Origin: Oopsacas minuta
Lineage: Eukaryota; Animalia; Porifera
DNA: 64,000 nt
Assembly: GCA_024704765.1 (NCBI GenBank)
Contig: JAKMXF010000317.1
Span: forward strand, 248,160 to 312,159
Direction: 5' to 3'
Below are positions 1 through 11,611 of the stretch, piece after piece. The notes beneath the pieces were generated by a model that was given only the letters and a program-made list of their open reading frames with translations, had not been told where the DNA came from and did no database searches. The translations under genes and the position numbers were made by a program. Position 1 is the stretch's first letter, and each line of letters starts with the position of its first letter.

Positions 1-52
1 GACCACAAACGTAAGAGAAATTGTCGGGATGAGTTCTACAATTACGATGCAT
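1..52 (-). mobile_element. Possible start of a DNA-transposon transposase running off the window edge
   Basis: Manual translation from ATG at 52 gives MHRNCRTHPDNFSYVCG. This resembles the Cx(3-4)PDxFCYxCG N-terminus of some eukaryotic transposases (Chapaev-like by recollection). Only 17 codons are visible. Confidence 0.35.
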
Positions 53-334
53 GTTTATAATTTGATTTGCTTGAATTCAAATAAGTAAAGTAATTTATAT
101 TCCAGGTATTGAATCAAAATAGGGATGCTCAATAGCAATTTAGTAACTAGGTAATACATACTATTGAAAAGATGGATATTGGATTTCAGAATAACTAGAC
201 GTGCTAGAGAAATTCTGATTTGCAGACTCGAGTTCAGCATTCAGAAGTATGCTAAGATAAATGTATGTGATCTCTGATGAGAAATCTTGTTTAGTTGTGT
301 TATTGAGTTAGTAAGTAACCAGTTTAAACAAATA

Positions 335-455
335 CTGCCAGAAAAATGTGTCATTTTATGACGTCAAAAAGGTGCTATTATCTCGATTTGGGTGCGAGAA
401 TTGGTTAAAACGAAGTGGTAAAATTATCGTGTTCCTTTTCGTTACGAATATAACA
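335..455. repeat. Dispersed repeat, inverted copy at about 27735-27850
   Basis: aaaatgtgtcatttt...ctcgatttgggtgcgagaattggttaaaacgaagtg...gtgttccttttc matches the reverse complement of 27741-27850. Confidence 0.65.
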
Positions 456-1124
456 CTTAGTAAGTAATCATCTTAAGACGTACTTTCGAGGGGGTAATTC
501 TCTGTGACCGTTCCTCAATCTAGTATAACAGTTGGTACTAAGTTTATGTTTGTACAAGCACAGTCATAAATATTTATGGAATTACAGTACCATTGTTGAC
601 AAAATTTGTGATTATGTTTTAACAAGTCGAAATGTCAAATTCCCCCACAAATGGGAAAACTTATTATCAACTCCCCTATAAATCGCAATTATAGCACGGA
701 CTGGGGGACCTGAGAACAACCATTAATAGGTGCATACCATTTCGTAAGCTGAGCCAGGATAGCGCAAGGCTACACTCGGGCCCAGGTCTGGCTTAACGAG
801 CGTACAACTCCGACCGTAATCGGATTAAGACGTACTCTCGGTTAGTTTGTACTAATTTTTGAATCCTGAGGGGGTAAGTCTTATTCTAGTACTATTGTAT
901 ATTTCATATCTTTCCACTTTAATCAAATCATCTTTTGAAATTATGATTAATCACTCTCTGACTTTGAGATCGCTCATATCCGCACCCATTACCCACCATA
1001 CAGCAAACATAATAACCATCTTTGTTGGATACAATAATGTTGAATTGTGTTTGGTGAATTTTCGATGCAAAATTGTTGCATAAAGTTTGTTTAGAATTTT
1101 GAGGGCAATTTTGTTGCATCGTGT

Positions 1125-2369
1125 ATGGTAGCTAAAGTAAATTTAAGAATTTCTGACACAAATTTTAGAATGGCTGCAGTTTTCAATGTCGATCAAAAGC
1201 TAGAAGCTCTGAAAATGGAAATACTACGAACTTTTGATGAACTTTACCAATATCTGTCAGATCGCAGAAATAGCCTTCTGTCTAGACTCGCTAAAATGAA
1301 GGAAGGACACGACAACAATGTAAAAATGGAGGAAGCAATAAAACAGTTGAGAATATCCAAAGATAAAAATCTAGCTACACTGGCTAGTAACTTGGTGGGA
1401 GGATCACTAAACACAATGAAACAAACACTAGATAGAGACATCGAACTGAAAATAGCTGAAAAGGTAAAAGTAGATAACTTGGAGTTTATTGAGTTCCGTT
1501 GTTACTCTTATAAAATTCGTAAAACCATTGATGAGATAGATTTGTTTGAAATCAGTCCTGAATACGTCAGCAGAGAAAACCCTATTCTTAAAGTTTGTAA
1601 GAGGGGTGATAGAAATGGAGAGTTGTATAATCCCAATGGAATAGCAGTAGATAGAGCAAGTAATGAATTGTATATTTGTGATTGTAGCAACAGTCGTATT
1701 CAAGTGTTGAATACCGAAGGAAAGTATATACGTTCTTTTGGGACTGACCACTTGTATGAGCCATGGGGTATATGTCTGTCAAAAGAGGAAGTATTCATTA
1801 CTGATAGAGCTACAGAGTCTCTTTTGAAGTTTAGTCTAGCAGGACAATTCTTAAAGGAAACAGGCTCAAGAGGCCATACAGAAGGACGATTTACTGGTAT
1901 CTCAGGATTGTGTCATGAAGCTGGGTTAATATATGTCTGTGATGCTAGTCTAGAAAGAATTCAAATATTTGATTCCAATCTTAACTTCATTAAACAGTTC
2001 GGCTACGGAGAACTCAAATTTCCAAGAGACATTACAATATTCTCTGACAGAATCTACATCCTATCTATAAACAACAACTCAATTCACTGCTATAACAGAG
2101 ACTGTACTCTCCGGAATATTATACAGCTGACTGGACAGGATCAGCAAATGACAGCAACTAGCTCCTTCACGATTGATAAGAAGGGGAACTTCTTAATTAC
2201 AGACAATACCGCTGAAAAAATCTGTATCTTCTCACCTCAAGGAGTGCTGAAGCATATTCTGGGTAGAGGGCATCTCTATAACTTATACGGTATTGTATTA
2301 GATAACTCAGATAATATTATATGTGTGAATTATGGCATTGATGATAATGCCTGTTTCCAGAAATATTAA
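1125..2369 (+). CDS. NHL-repeat beta-propeller protein with N-terminal coiled coil (TRIM71/Brat-like C-terminus, no RING seen)
   Basis: 414-aa single ORF with repeated NHL motifs (GELYNPNGIAVD...LYICDCSNSRIQV, HLYEPWGI, FPRDI) after a helical charged N-terminus. Confidence 0.9.
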   Translation: MVAKVNLRISDTNFRMAAVFNVDQKLEALKMEILRTFDELYQYLSDRRNSLLSRLAKMKEGHDNNVKMEEAIKQLRISKDKNLATLASNLVGGSLNTMKQTLDRDIELKIAEKVKVDNLEFIEFRCYSYKIRKTIDEIDLFEISPEYVSRENPILKVCKRGDRNGELYNPNGIAVDRASNELYICDCSNSRIQVLNTEGKYIRSFGTDHLYEPWGICLSKEEVFITDRATESLLKFSLAGQFLKETGSRGHTEGRFTGISGLCHEAGLIYVCDASLERIQIFDSNLNFIKQFGYGELKFPRDITIFSDRIYILSINNNSIHCYNRDCTLRNIIQLTGQDQQMTATSSFTIDKKGNFLITDNTAEKICIFSPQGVLKHILGRGHLYNLYGIVLDNSDNIICVNYGIDDNACFQKY

Positions 2370-2613
2370 CTCTATCAATCCTCCAAACTAATCTTCCCAG
2401 TTATTCTATTTTCTATTTCTTTTAATTTTGTGTTATAGAATATTTGTATTTGTATTTTCAGAATGAATCTTATTCTAATTAAATTAACGGAATCCACATA
2501 CCTACACCCAAGAGTAGAGAATAATAGTTATTTATTCCGGACAGTTACATGAGAAACGGACCCTATAGGGAATCATATTTGCCCCATGGATCATAATGAA
2601 TGTTGACAAACAC

Positions 2614-3531
2614 TCATGATACCAATTTCGAAAGGGGTACAATCAGAGGGTGTGGATGGACCGACAGGATGATTTGACACATTTTCTTCATTTCCGACAC
2701 CTTAATAAATATTACTTCAACTAACTTTAGAAAATATTTGTTTAGAGTATCCAAGAAAGAAGTGCTAGCTCTACTTCTAAATTTAGACTTTGTAATTTGA
2801 AGTAATTTCGCTCCGTTACTGACTAACATCAAAGATTGTGTATTCAATTCCAAATTGCTCCCGCGGGCTCCTGTTTTAGCTAGGTGAGATTTGTAAATTT
2901 CTGTTAACTCAAAAACATCACCACGGGCCAGTTGTCTGAGTTGTAAATAGGCCTTGCCGTCTCTAGTAATGATACCGTCTATTCTAGAGACTGATTCCCG
3001 TGTAGATATTACTTTGAAAAGAAATATTAGTGTAAAATATTGTTTACATCGTATATTAATAACAACAACAACAACAAAAGTATTTATTAACAAGCTAAAC
3101 CTCATGACAATCGGCCCACGAAATTTCTCAAAACAGCGCGGACGGATATTGCATCCACCATGCCAAGAAGGCATCTCAACGAAAATTAGGCCTTCCGTTG
3201 GTGTTCCTATTACGAGGTCCCTGTACTTACAATCTTTACTCAATGACAGCTGTAATTGAGAGTATTGGCTAGGCTGTAATTCTGACAGATGTAAATGCCT
3301 ATTCACACTCTGACCAATCATGCTCGGCCTTTGGTCCAGTTTATCCACGTCAATTTCCTTCAAAACTCGACACTTGCCTTCTACGACTAAATAAAACAGC
3401 GAACATTCCATACTGTCCCTAACAACCACTTTGTTGATTGGGAATTCCTGTAGACGAGCTTCTAATACAACTTCCTCCAAATCTGATTGGCTCCAATTCT
3501 CGAAAAGATATACGTCTTTCACTGCCGACAT
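2614..3531 (-). CDS. Cyclic-nucleotide-binding domain protein (CNBD1/2-like), probably an internal exon or exons
   Basis: LFENWSQSDLEEVV...FPINKVVVRDS...FYLVVEGKCRV and LARGDVFEL fit a CNBD fold. The ATG is directly preceded by a splice acceptor (tttctatttttag). An AT-rich (AAC)n stretch at about 3010-3100 may be a read-through intron. Confidence 0.55.
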   Translation of the reverse strand: MSAVKDVYLFENWSQSDLEEVVLEARLQEFPINKVVVRDSMECSLFYLVVEGKCRVLKEIDVDKLDQRPSMIGQSVNRHLHLSELQPSQYSQLQLSLSKDCKYRDLVIGTPTEGLIFVEMPSWHGGCNIRPRCFEKFRGPIVMRFSLLINTFVVVVVINIRCKQYFTLIFLFKVISTRESVSRIDGIITRDGKAYLQLRQLARGDVFELTEIYKSHLAKTGARGSNLELNTQSLMLVSNGAKLLQITKSKFRSRASTSFLDTLNKYFLKLVEVIFIKVSEMKKMCQIILSVHPHPLIVPLSKLVS

Positions 3532-3699
3532 CTAAAAATAGAAAATTTCCCATAAAATTCTAATTTTAGTATCATTTACCTTAAAATACTCGTTTTCACC
3601 TGTTTAGTGAGAAGTGTGAAAATTGCTTACATAATTGCAAATTTTTAAAGACATTTCACAGTCATCTACCCGTTTATAAGGAATCTTAAATTGTACAAT

Positions 3700-3800
3700 T
3701 ATGGTCCCGAAGCGTTAAAGTAACATATTTTCCATCAGTAATATCCAAGTAATTATCACGGTCTCTTCAGCTTCGATATAACAGGAGATCACTGTCCTTA
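3700..3800 (+). repeat. Short repeat, direct copy at about 5134-5305 (the pair flanks NPRL2)
   Basis: tatggtccc...gtaacatat...atcagt...aagtaattatc(a/g)cggtc...agcttcgatat occurs in both places. The right copy is interrupted by a MITE. Confidence 0.65.
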
Positions 3801-3861
3801 CATATAATTATTACATTTGAATTCACAAAGATCGGACGAAAAGGCCATATACAATTAATGA

Positions 3862-5094
3862 TTACACGTATAGAGTAGTGTACTCGTTTTCCTCAAGGAT
3901 CTGTAACGCAAAATCTCTATGAAAACCACCTTGACTCCAACAGAGTGCATCAACCTGTACAAAATCTTCATTCCTTCCCAACAGCCCGGATAATCTACTA
4001 CTAACAGACGGTGATAAATACAGATATTCTTTGAGAGGAATAATAATTTTTTTGAAAATTCCAAATTCTATGATTCTTCGAAGCAGTGTTGTCTGTCCTA
4101 GCAGTAACATCTCGTTAAGTTATAACCGGTAAAGTTGGTAGAGGGATTGTGCATGTTTCAGTGATAAAAATAATCTTATAACTTCGTTAATGCATACCAT
4201 TTGCAAGTCAAAATCTCTACGTAAATACGTGAGCATTTCACCTTGAAATTCTGTGCTATTTAACAACAAGGAAATTCTCGGAGAAATCAAATACGCATTC
4301 GTGTATTGAAAAATAGGCACGAAGCCTTGGAGAATATTAAAATATTGCAAATGTCTGCTAACATCAATACCGATTTCCTTCAGGGATACGTCACTATCTT
4401 TTGCAATAGATGATAAAGGCCTAATTTCGTCCATGTGTGATAGAACCTCTGCGATTGTGAGGTCAAGTTCTGTATGCGAAATTGTCCGTATGTTATGCTG
4501 GAAAACTAGGACGGATTTAGAATCAATAGGCTCAAGAAGTGTGTCAGTATTCGTAGGTAAATCTTTGAGAAATAACCAATTACAGTCGGTTATTTCAAGA
4601 TTCACTTCGCCAACAGTTCGTAATCCGTGGAGAATAGCATTTAAAATATTCTGAAAATTATCTGAGTCATATGGCGAACTGAAAAACGCTTCCTCGATCT
4701 CATAAATACTAAATTCATTTACAATTTTCGTTAAGACTGCGTGATATGGGAAAACATCCAAATTCCCATCAAAGCACAGCAGACAATTGAAGCTGTATTG
4801 ATTTCTCTTATACTGTCCACCTAAGATACATTTTGCATGACCAATATACTTCCTATTTTCGTGGAAAAGTGTTAGAGTACGATCAAAAAGCGAAAGGGGT
4901 GGAAACACAAAATTTCGTATTCGTGATATGTGTTCATCTGTTAGGTAGCCGAGGGGAGCTTGTTGCAGTAGGGTAGGGCCTAGACTTGTGAATTCCAGAA
5001 ATAATATAGCAGAAGGAATTGGGAAGTTTTCAATAATTGAGTTTGTTGAAGTCATTGCTAGTTTAAGCTTTGAAACGTTATATCCATAGTCCAA
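3862..5094 (-). CDS. NPRL2: GATOR1 subunit NPRL2 homologue, intronless, with an in-frame TAA at 4120-4122
   Basis: ILFLEF..LGP.L..Q.P, Y.RN.Y.FN, DLT..EVL..MD..R....IA.DSDV and IFQYTNAY are colinear with NPRL2. The same frame after the TAA gives RRIIEFGIFKKII...DALC, matching the NPRL2 C-terminus. Confidence 0.8.
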
Positions 5095-5175
5095 AATGAC
5101 AAGATATAATACAGTAGACTCCGATTGTTAGAGCTATGGTCCCAAACCGTAACATATATCAGTCACATCGAAGTA

Positions 5176-5259
5176 CAGTAGACTATGGACAGAACTCCAC
5201 AGGTTAATCAGGTCAAAATGGCCTGGTCCCGATGTGACCCTATTAAGTGGAGTCTACTG
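5176..5259. mobile_element. Small TA-target MITE (cagtagact...agtctactg)
   Basis: Inverted termini with a TA duplication. The related repeat at 3700-3800 shows the empty site. Confidence 0.7.
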
Positions 5260-5466
5260 TAATTATCGCGGTCCCCTGAGCTTCGATATGACTGGGTAGA
5301 CATTATTTCCCCAAAAAAATAAATTGACAATATTTACTCACCAATGCAGATAGCTTCTCTCATTCATCTGCAATCTGTTCACTACATTACTACCTCTTGT
5401 ATCTTTATTAGCGGTGCGAATAATCGGTGATCTGTCAAGCAATTCCATTCAGCAAAAGCACACTTA

Positions 5467-5561
5467 CAGTAGAACCCGGTTAATAATACAATCCCTATTC
5501 AGATAAGACGTACGTGCTAATGTTGTTTCCAGAGGGAGTAGGTCTTATCCGAGTTCTACTG
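5467..5561. mobile_element. pogo/Tigger-like MITE (cagtagaac...gttctactg), family also at 42679-42831 and partially at 5665-5770
   Basis: TA-flanked terminal inverted repeats and a shared internal motif, ggataagacgtac. Confidence 0.7.
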
Positions 5562-6070
5562 TATTTACTATACAACATTGACATCATAATGGTAAAGGAA
5601 ACTATGTGGCGGTGTCGAGTCGTGATTAGGGAACGAATGGAGCTTATGTCAGGCGCGCTAATATACAGTAGAATTCGGTTAGTAAGTGACAAGACGTACT
5701 TTTCTCTAAAACAGATCATCAATTCTTGTTTTAATTATATATGAAGAATATTCGGATAAGACGTACCGCCAATTAATCGTAAGGGACGAATTTTGTCCTT
5801 ACCCCCGGTGCAAATATTCATAGATTATCCCTTTAACCATCGTAACGGACATTTTCTATTCGTATGTCTTTCGTCATTGCGTCCCATATACAGCAAATCT
5901 CACATTAGACAACGAAATACGCGAATTGATTTCAACAATGTTTATCGAGGAAATAATTAAATTAGCAGTGAGAATATAAACAAAACATTCGCATTTAAAT
6001 ACGGAACAATTCACAGTAATTGTTATTTAATATATTACAAAAACTAGACAATACAAAATGGTCATTCATA

Positions 6071-7638
6071 TCAGGGCGTTCAATAAGTCTTGCGGGTCAT
6101 GATATATCTTAGGAGTTAGTCAAGTAATATATCTAACTTTCATATATTATAAGCCCATATAGTTAAACTCCATATACTGAAAGTTTAAGCTTATTCAATA
6201 CAAATTATGAATTTTTGAGATAGTTACGTGTAGTCAATTTATACCCACTGTTGAATTTATGGCTTCAAAGGATGATAATTTCAACCTCAAATGGCGAGCT
6301 TACATAGAGTTTCGCACTATACTCAAGATTCAGCCCGTACAGCTCTTCAGCGAGTTACAGGAGATATTGTGCGTGGATTGCCCTTCCAGATCTACTGTAG
6401 AGCGATGGGCTGCCCGTTTTAGATCTGGTGATGCTGATGTCACAGATTTACCTCGATCTGGAAGACTGGTATCCGCCACCACTTCAGAGAATATCGCACT
6501 CATTGAAAGTATGGTCATGGAAGACAAGTGCATTACTGTCAATCAGTTAGAACAAAGTATGGAGATTTCATCGGGAGCTATTCATACAATTCTGACGACT
6601 GAGCTTGGCTACCGATCGATTTGTGGGAAATGGGTCCCGCATAAGCTCAGTGAGAATCAAAGGTTGGTACGACTGAATATTACCAAGAAACTCTTGGAAA
6701 CTTATGAGAACTGCGATTCTAGACGCCTAACAGAAATTATTACTGGTGACGAAACGTGGGTGTACTATTCAACACCATATAGCAAGTATAAGAAGCGATC
6801 ATAGGTGAGGGGCGACGAACAACCGGCGAAAATTCCTTGGCCCGACTTCAGAAAACCTAAGATTATGTATACCGTAAAGTGGAGCTACTTTGGCCCACTG
6901 GATTTGCATTAGCCCAAATATCAAAGCTCCAAAGAAACTAGATTAGATTCAGTATTGTACTTGAAAATGACTTGCCAAATTTTTAGCGAATTTTCAAATA
7001 TCGGTAGACAATTCCGAAAACAAATACAATATCTATTCAATAAGTAAGAACTTTCAATGTTTGGGCTAAAGCAAACCCAGTGGGCCAAAGTAGCCCCAGT
7101 TTACGGTACCATCTTCTTCAGTAGTAATGGAATTGTCTTGCAATTACCTTGTGAGAGTGGCAAGACTGTTACTGCTACTTTCTTTAGAGCAAGTGCTTCC
7201 AAATTTGATAAAAAATATAGAAATTACCGCCCGAAAACCGGAACTCGAGGAATGAAGATTTTTAATTGATAACGCCAGTTCCCATACAGCTAAGCTTACC
7301 AAAAATTTCTTGGATGTAGAAGGGTTAGAATTACTTCCCCATCCACCATACTCACCAGACCTAGCTCCGTGTGATTTTTGGCTATTCCCCAAGCTTAAAA
7401 TCTACCTTCAAGGCAAAGATTTTAACACATTACAAGCACTCGGAACGGGCCTATACCAGTACTTCAAATCCATCCCCAAGAAGAGTACAGAAATGTGTTT
7501 TACAAGTGGGTTGAAAGGTTAAAACTTTGTGAATCTGCAGGAGGGGATTACTTTGAATAAATAATATAGTGAATTAGTGTGTATAGTGTTTGTATCATAT
7601 TCTATGATATCACCCGAAAGACTTATTGAACGCCCTAG
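6071..7638 (+). mobile_element. mariner (DD34D) transposon, inactivated
   Basis: TIRs agggcgttcaataagtctt, TA flanks, WVPHKL, TGDETW, DNASSH-34aa-D with HPPYSPDLAPCDF. Disrupted by a stop at 6802-6804, frameshifts and a MITE insertion. Confidence 0.92.
6872..7106. mobile_element. MITE inserted in the mariner transposase; second copy at 51107-51324
   Basis: About 45-bp TIRs (ccgtaaa.tgg.gctactttggcccactgg) with a TA duplication. Removing it restores the frame KIMYTIFFSSNGIV. Confidence 0.88.
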
Positions 7639-7689
7639 TAAGAAGTAAATAGCAAATTACAATTTGACAGTACAGGGTGTAACACAATA

Positions 7690-9033
7690 CAGGGTGTCTC
7701 ATAAGTTTTTTCACCTTATTCATCAAGCCAGTAAATTGTATTTATTGTAAAGAATCATTAGACTATTTGCCAATGTATTCACCGTTAAGTTCAATACAAG
7801 AATTAATGCGGTTTGGCATTCCATCGATTAAATTCTGGAGAATCGATGGGCTAATACCACTCCAGATATTTTCCAAGATTTTCGCGAGTTGTTTTAGATT
7901 AGTAGCGGGCTTCCTCTTGTCCAGCTCTGCCTGCATAATGGCCCACAGATTTTCTATAGGATTCAAATCTGGCGAGTTACTAGGCCATATATCTTTCGCC
8001 CAGAATCCTGGTAAATGATCAGAAAGCCACTTCTGTGTCTTTATAGCAGTATGAGCAGGGGCTCCATCCTGCATAAAAAAAGTGTCGGATATCTTTCGAT
8101 ACAATTTCCTCTGAGTCAGGGGCCCTCTCATCTTCTTACGTTTATAGGTAGGGAGACAGCACTTATCCAGTATTTCATTGATATAATAGTCCGCATTCAC
8201 AGAATGTCTTGGGGAGATTAGATGGAGTTCTGATAGTCCACGATGACTCATCATTCCCCAGACCATTAATCTTGGAGGATTTTTCACCGTTTCGACTGGA
8301 GTGATATTACGCGAACTGACGTCCCAAACCCGATCATTCTGTGAATTTGTAGGGTGAAAAAGCTCAAAGGGGCTTTCATCACTGAAGAAAACTCGCTCCC
8401 AATCAAGTGAAGTCCAAGATTTATGCTCAAGACAGAACTTGACCCTTTTAGACTTCTGTACTTCCGTCAATTTAGGGTTTGATGGCCGTTTATACGCTTT
8501 AGCCCCAATAGAATTGTGTAAATAACGGTGAACAGTATCTTTACTAATAGCAACATATTTACTTGAAATATATTTCGCCAATTTCCGAGTTGAATGCCAT
8601 CGTTTGCCTATGGATTTTCGAATTATTATTTTTGGGACCCGGGAAAGTTTCGGCGGACGTCCAGAACGAGGCTTGTCATTGAGCATTTCTCCAGCTTTTT
8701 GCTTTTTGTTCCAATTCTTTACGGTTCGAATTGTGACTCCAAGTGTGTCAGCAACTGTTCTTTGAGTGGAACCAGCTAGTAGCATACCTATCGCTCTCTC
8801 GCGGATGGATAATCTCGTCATTTTGACATCCATAATATTGAAATTTGATAATTATACAAAGTATCGCAAAATGAATCACAAAATTAAATATTTGATACTA
8901 CTCATGGTTGAGAACATTAATCAACTATAAATTGACAATACTAAAATAAATGGGTAGGTAGTAAATGAGGTAGACTGATTTCTGTTCAAATATATTGAAA
9001 TACTAATGGTGAAAAAACTTTTGAGACACCCTG
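7690..9033 (-). mobile_element. Intact Tc1-like DD37E transposon
   Basis: 26-bp TIRs (cagggtgtctca(t/a)aagttttttcacc) with one mismatch, TA duplication, and an uninterrupted transposase. Confidence 0.93.
7763..8833 (-). CDS. Tc1-family transposase, DD37E catalytic spacing, 356 aa
   Basis: Paired-like HTH N-terminus, FFSDESPF, FMQDGAPAH, 37 residues counted between D and the E of SPDLNPIE. Confidence 0.93.
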   Translation of the reverse strand: MDVKMTRLSIRERAIGMLLAGSTQRTVADTLGVTIRTVKNWNKKQKAGEMLNDKPRSGRPPKLSRVPKIIIRKSIGKRWHSTRKLAKYISSKYVAISKDTVHRYLHNSIGAKAYKRPSNPKLTEVQKSKRVKFCLEHKSWTSLDWERVFFSDESPFELFHPTNSQNDRVWDVSSRNITPVETVKNPPRLMVWGMMSHRGLSELHLISPRHSVNADYYINEILDKCCLPTYKRKKMRGPLTQRKLYRKISDTFFMQDGAPAHTAIKTQKWLSDHLPGFWAKDIWPSNSPDLNPIENLWAIMQAELDKRKPATNLKQLAKILENIWSGISPSILQNLIDGMPNRINSCIELNGEYIGK

Positions 9034-10361
9034 TAGATGACTACCTCACTGACCTATATCTATATAACCACACTCATATTTATTTAACTATAATAAAAAT
9101 TTTGCCATTATCCGATTATATCAATGCTTTGGTACCATTATTTATGCATATTCAAACTAATGTTCATGTCTATGTCCAAAAATATTTAAATAGTTATGCT
9201 CCCTATATCTTAGCAATATCATGGTCAAAGAACACAAGATCAATATTAGAAACCAGGCTGTAGGGATGTTATTAGGTGGGATGACGCAAAGACGCGTTTG
9301 CAATTTACTTGGAGCATCCTTGCGTACTGTCGGATGATGGTGGACCCAATACCAGAAGGGAATCTCATTGGAAAATAACGTGGTAGAGGACGGAAGGTTT
9401 CCTAATCAAAAATTGGAAAAATCATCATTTCTAAGTCACTAACAAAGAAACACCAATATACAAGAAAATTGTCGAGAAAACTTACGTCTAAGGGTATTAT
9501 AGCATCACATATGACTGTCCAAAGGTATCTCAAGAATTCTATTGGAGCAACTAGTTATAAAAGACCGCTTCAGCCAAAATTATCCGAAAAACAGATTAAA
9601 GATCAGATTTCTTTCTGTGAAGAGAGAGTCAATTGGACTGTTCAAGATTGGGGTATGGTGTTATTTTCTGATGAATCCCCCTGTGAATTATTCCACACAC
9701 CGAATAAACAAATTGATCGTGTATGGGCAAGGGAGAAAGAATCAGTGGCCCCTCAATGAGAAAATTTAATTTTCTTCTAAGATACATGTTTGGGGAATGA
9801 TGTCATACTATGCGATATCAGAACTGCATATTATACCTAAGTCCTTTACAGTTACTGTAAAATATTTTATCGAAGAAATACTGAAGAAGTCTCTGAAGAT
9901 CGCACTAAGGAGGAAAAGGATGACTGGATCTGTTCTAGTCAGAAGATTACTCCCAAACATGTCCAGGTACATCTTTCTGCAGGACGGGGCACCAGCTCAT
10001 AATGCCATAAAGACTCAAGATTGGTGTAAAGACAATCTGAATTCCTTTTGGGAGAAAGGTATTTGGCCAGGCAACTCGCCAGACTTAAACCCAATAGAGA
10101 ATTTATGGGCCATCATCCAAAGCAAAATTAATGAAATAGAAGTAGCAACCAATCTAAATATGCTTGATAAACAGCTGAAACTGGCATGGTCTCAGATTTC
10201 CCCTGAGATTCTCAACAATCTGGTGAGTGGTATGCCCAAAAGGATTAAAACATGTTTCAAATATAAAGGCGGATAGTTAGGAAATTAGATTGGACAGTGA
10301 ATTCATCGAACGTTAATTTATGCATATTTTTTCTGTAAGTCATCAATTATGTTACACCCTG

Positions 10362-10470
10362 TAAGTAATGAGCTCTAACTATAAATACAAATCAATACAA
10401 ATACCCATACAGAGAGATATCAAATTTCAACAATTAAATGAATATAAATAGAATACAGAATATTCCGCCA
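10362..10470. repeat. Orphan copy of the NHL-gene upstream region
   Basis: taagtaatgagctctaactataaa...gagagatatcaaatttc...gaatattccgc matches 14341-14450, 22013-22120 and the reverse complement of 37720-37830. No NHL CDS follows. Confidence 0.8.
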
Positions 10471-10677
10471 TGATTAAAAATAAATTTTCATTGTGTTACA
10501 ATTGGCTTATAATGTTTTTGTTGATATTTTTCAGAGGAAGCTGGATAATTCATAGAATGAATTTTGAAAAAGTGGAAATACTGGCGTTCCGCCGATATTT
10601 TCCACACCTTGTGATTCTAGAATACTGTTTATAACCAATCTATGCAATTCAAAGGCAATTAATCATGTGTGTATATA

Positions 10678-11130
10678 TCTATATTACTTCATCTCAATTG
10701 TTTGTTTGTTTGTCTGTTTGTTTGTCCGTTGTCAAGGAAAGGATTTACGGTATGCAATTTTGAAATTGTCGTATAACTATGTATTTATCGTGCTTATAAT
10801 GGAAGTAAATAGAATTCAATAAACTTCACTAAATATATCGAACATGTTGAATCCACATTTACAATTTTTAGATTAATCATATATAAATTTATTATTGTTT
10901 TATGAATATATTGTAAAAATAATTGAAATATCAAAATATGCGCGGAGACTGAGTACACTGAATCAGAATTTCTCATTTACGTTTCTCATATCTAAATTTT
11001 GTTGTTTTGATGAATATAATAAAGTAAAGAAATAGTTCAAATATAAATTTATTAATTCATTTTGCAATTTTTATACATTGTCAAATTCGAGGCACAAAGT
11101 GCCGAGTTACATGCGAACACAGAGTGTATT
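10678..11130 (+). mobile_element. Non-autonomous Helitron-like element (subfamily 2; also 18461-18929)
   Basis: A|TC 5' junction, (GTTT/GTCT)n tract, and a core shared with the other copies. The 3' part (aattcgaggcacaaag...) is shared with 18461-18929 and with 45960-46100 (minus strand). Confidence 0.6.
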
Positions 11131-11611
11131 GTCTAAAATTGCAATTTATGCATTTAAAACATTGAAATCCTGAATGGAAATCATTCGAAATCCCAGGAAT
11201 TATCACAAAGGGTGGGTAAGTATTACATGAGTACAGGAGTAATTGTGAAGCAGCTTCCTGACGCGTAGCTAACTAATGAGTAAAATGGGGTAAGGTGGGC
11301 TGTATCCCTAGGTATGGAGCAATCTCGTTCTTAGAACCCAATTCGAGAGCGCATCCTAAATCTCTAGGATGATACCAAGAACTATATAAAGACGGATATA
11401 TGGTCAGCGAACGTGACCAGAGCACAAAATTATTATGAATGATAAATTACACATTTGAGTTAAGAACAACATATAATGAAATGAAAAAGTAAGTGAGCTA
11501 ACTCGCAATCATTGGGAAGGGGCGATAATTTCAGATTCGGGGACTTAGTCTCCGTAGCCACCATAGCCTCGCCACGCCAAGTAAATGAAGCTTGTTAGTT
11601 ACAAATAGATA

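Larger units (their letters stand above)
7673..10361 (+). mobile_element. Degenerate Tc1-like DD37E transposon (host of a nested insertion)
   Basis: TIRs cagggtgtaaca(c/t)aat(a/t)gatgact at both ends, TA flanks. Transposase from ATG 9221 (MVKEHKINIRNQAVGMLLGG) to about 10290 with frameshifts. FSDESP, QDGAPAH-37aa-E. Confidence 0.88.

Noticed and set aside
700-860. GC-rich stretch with faint 5S rRNA-like words
   Set aside because: The matches are short and out of register, and part of it is a remnant of the ggataagacgtac MITE.
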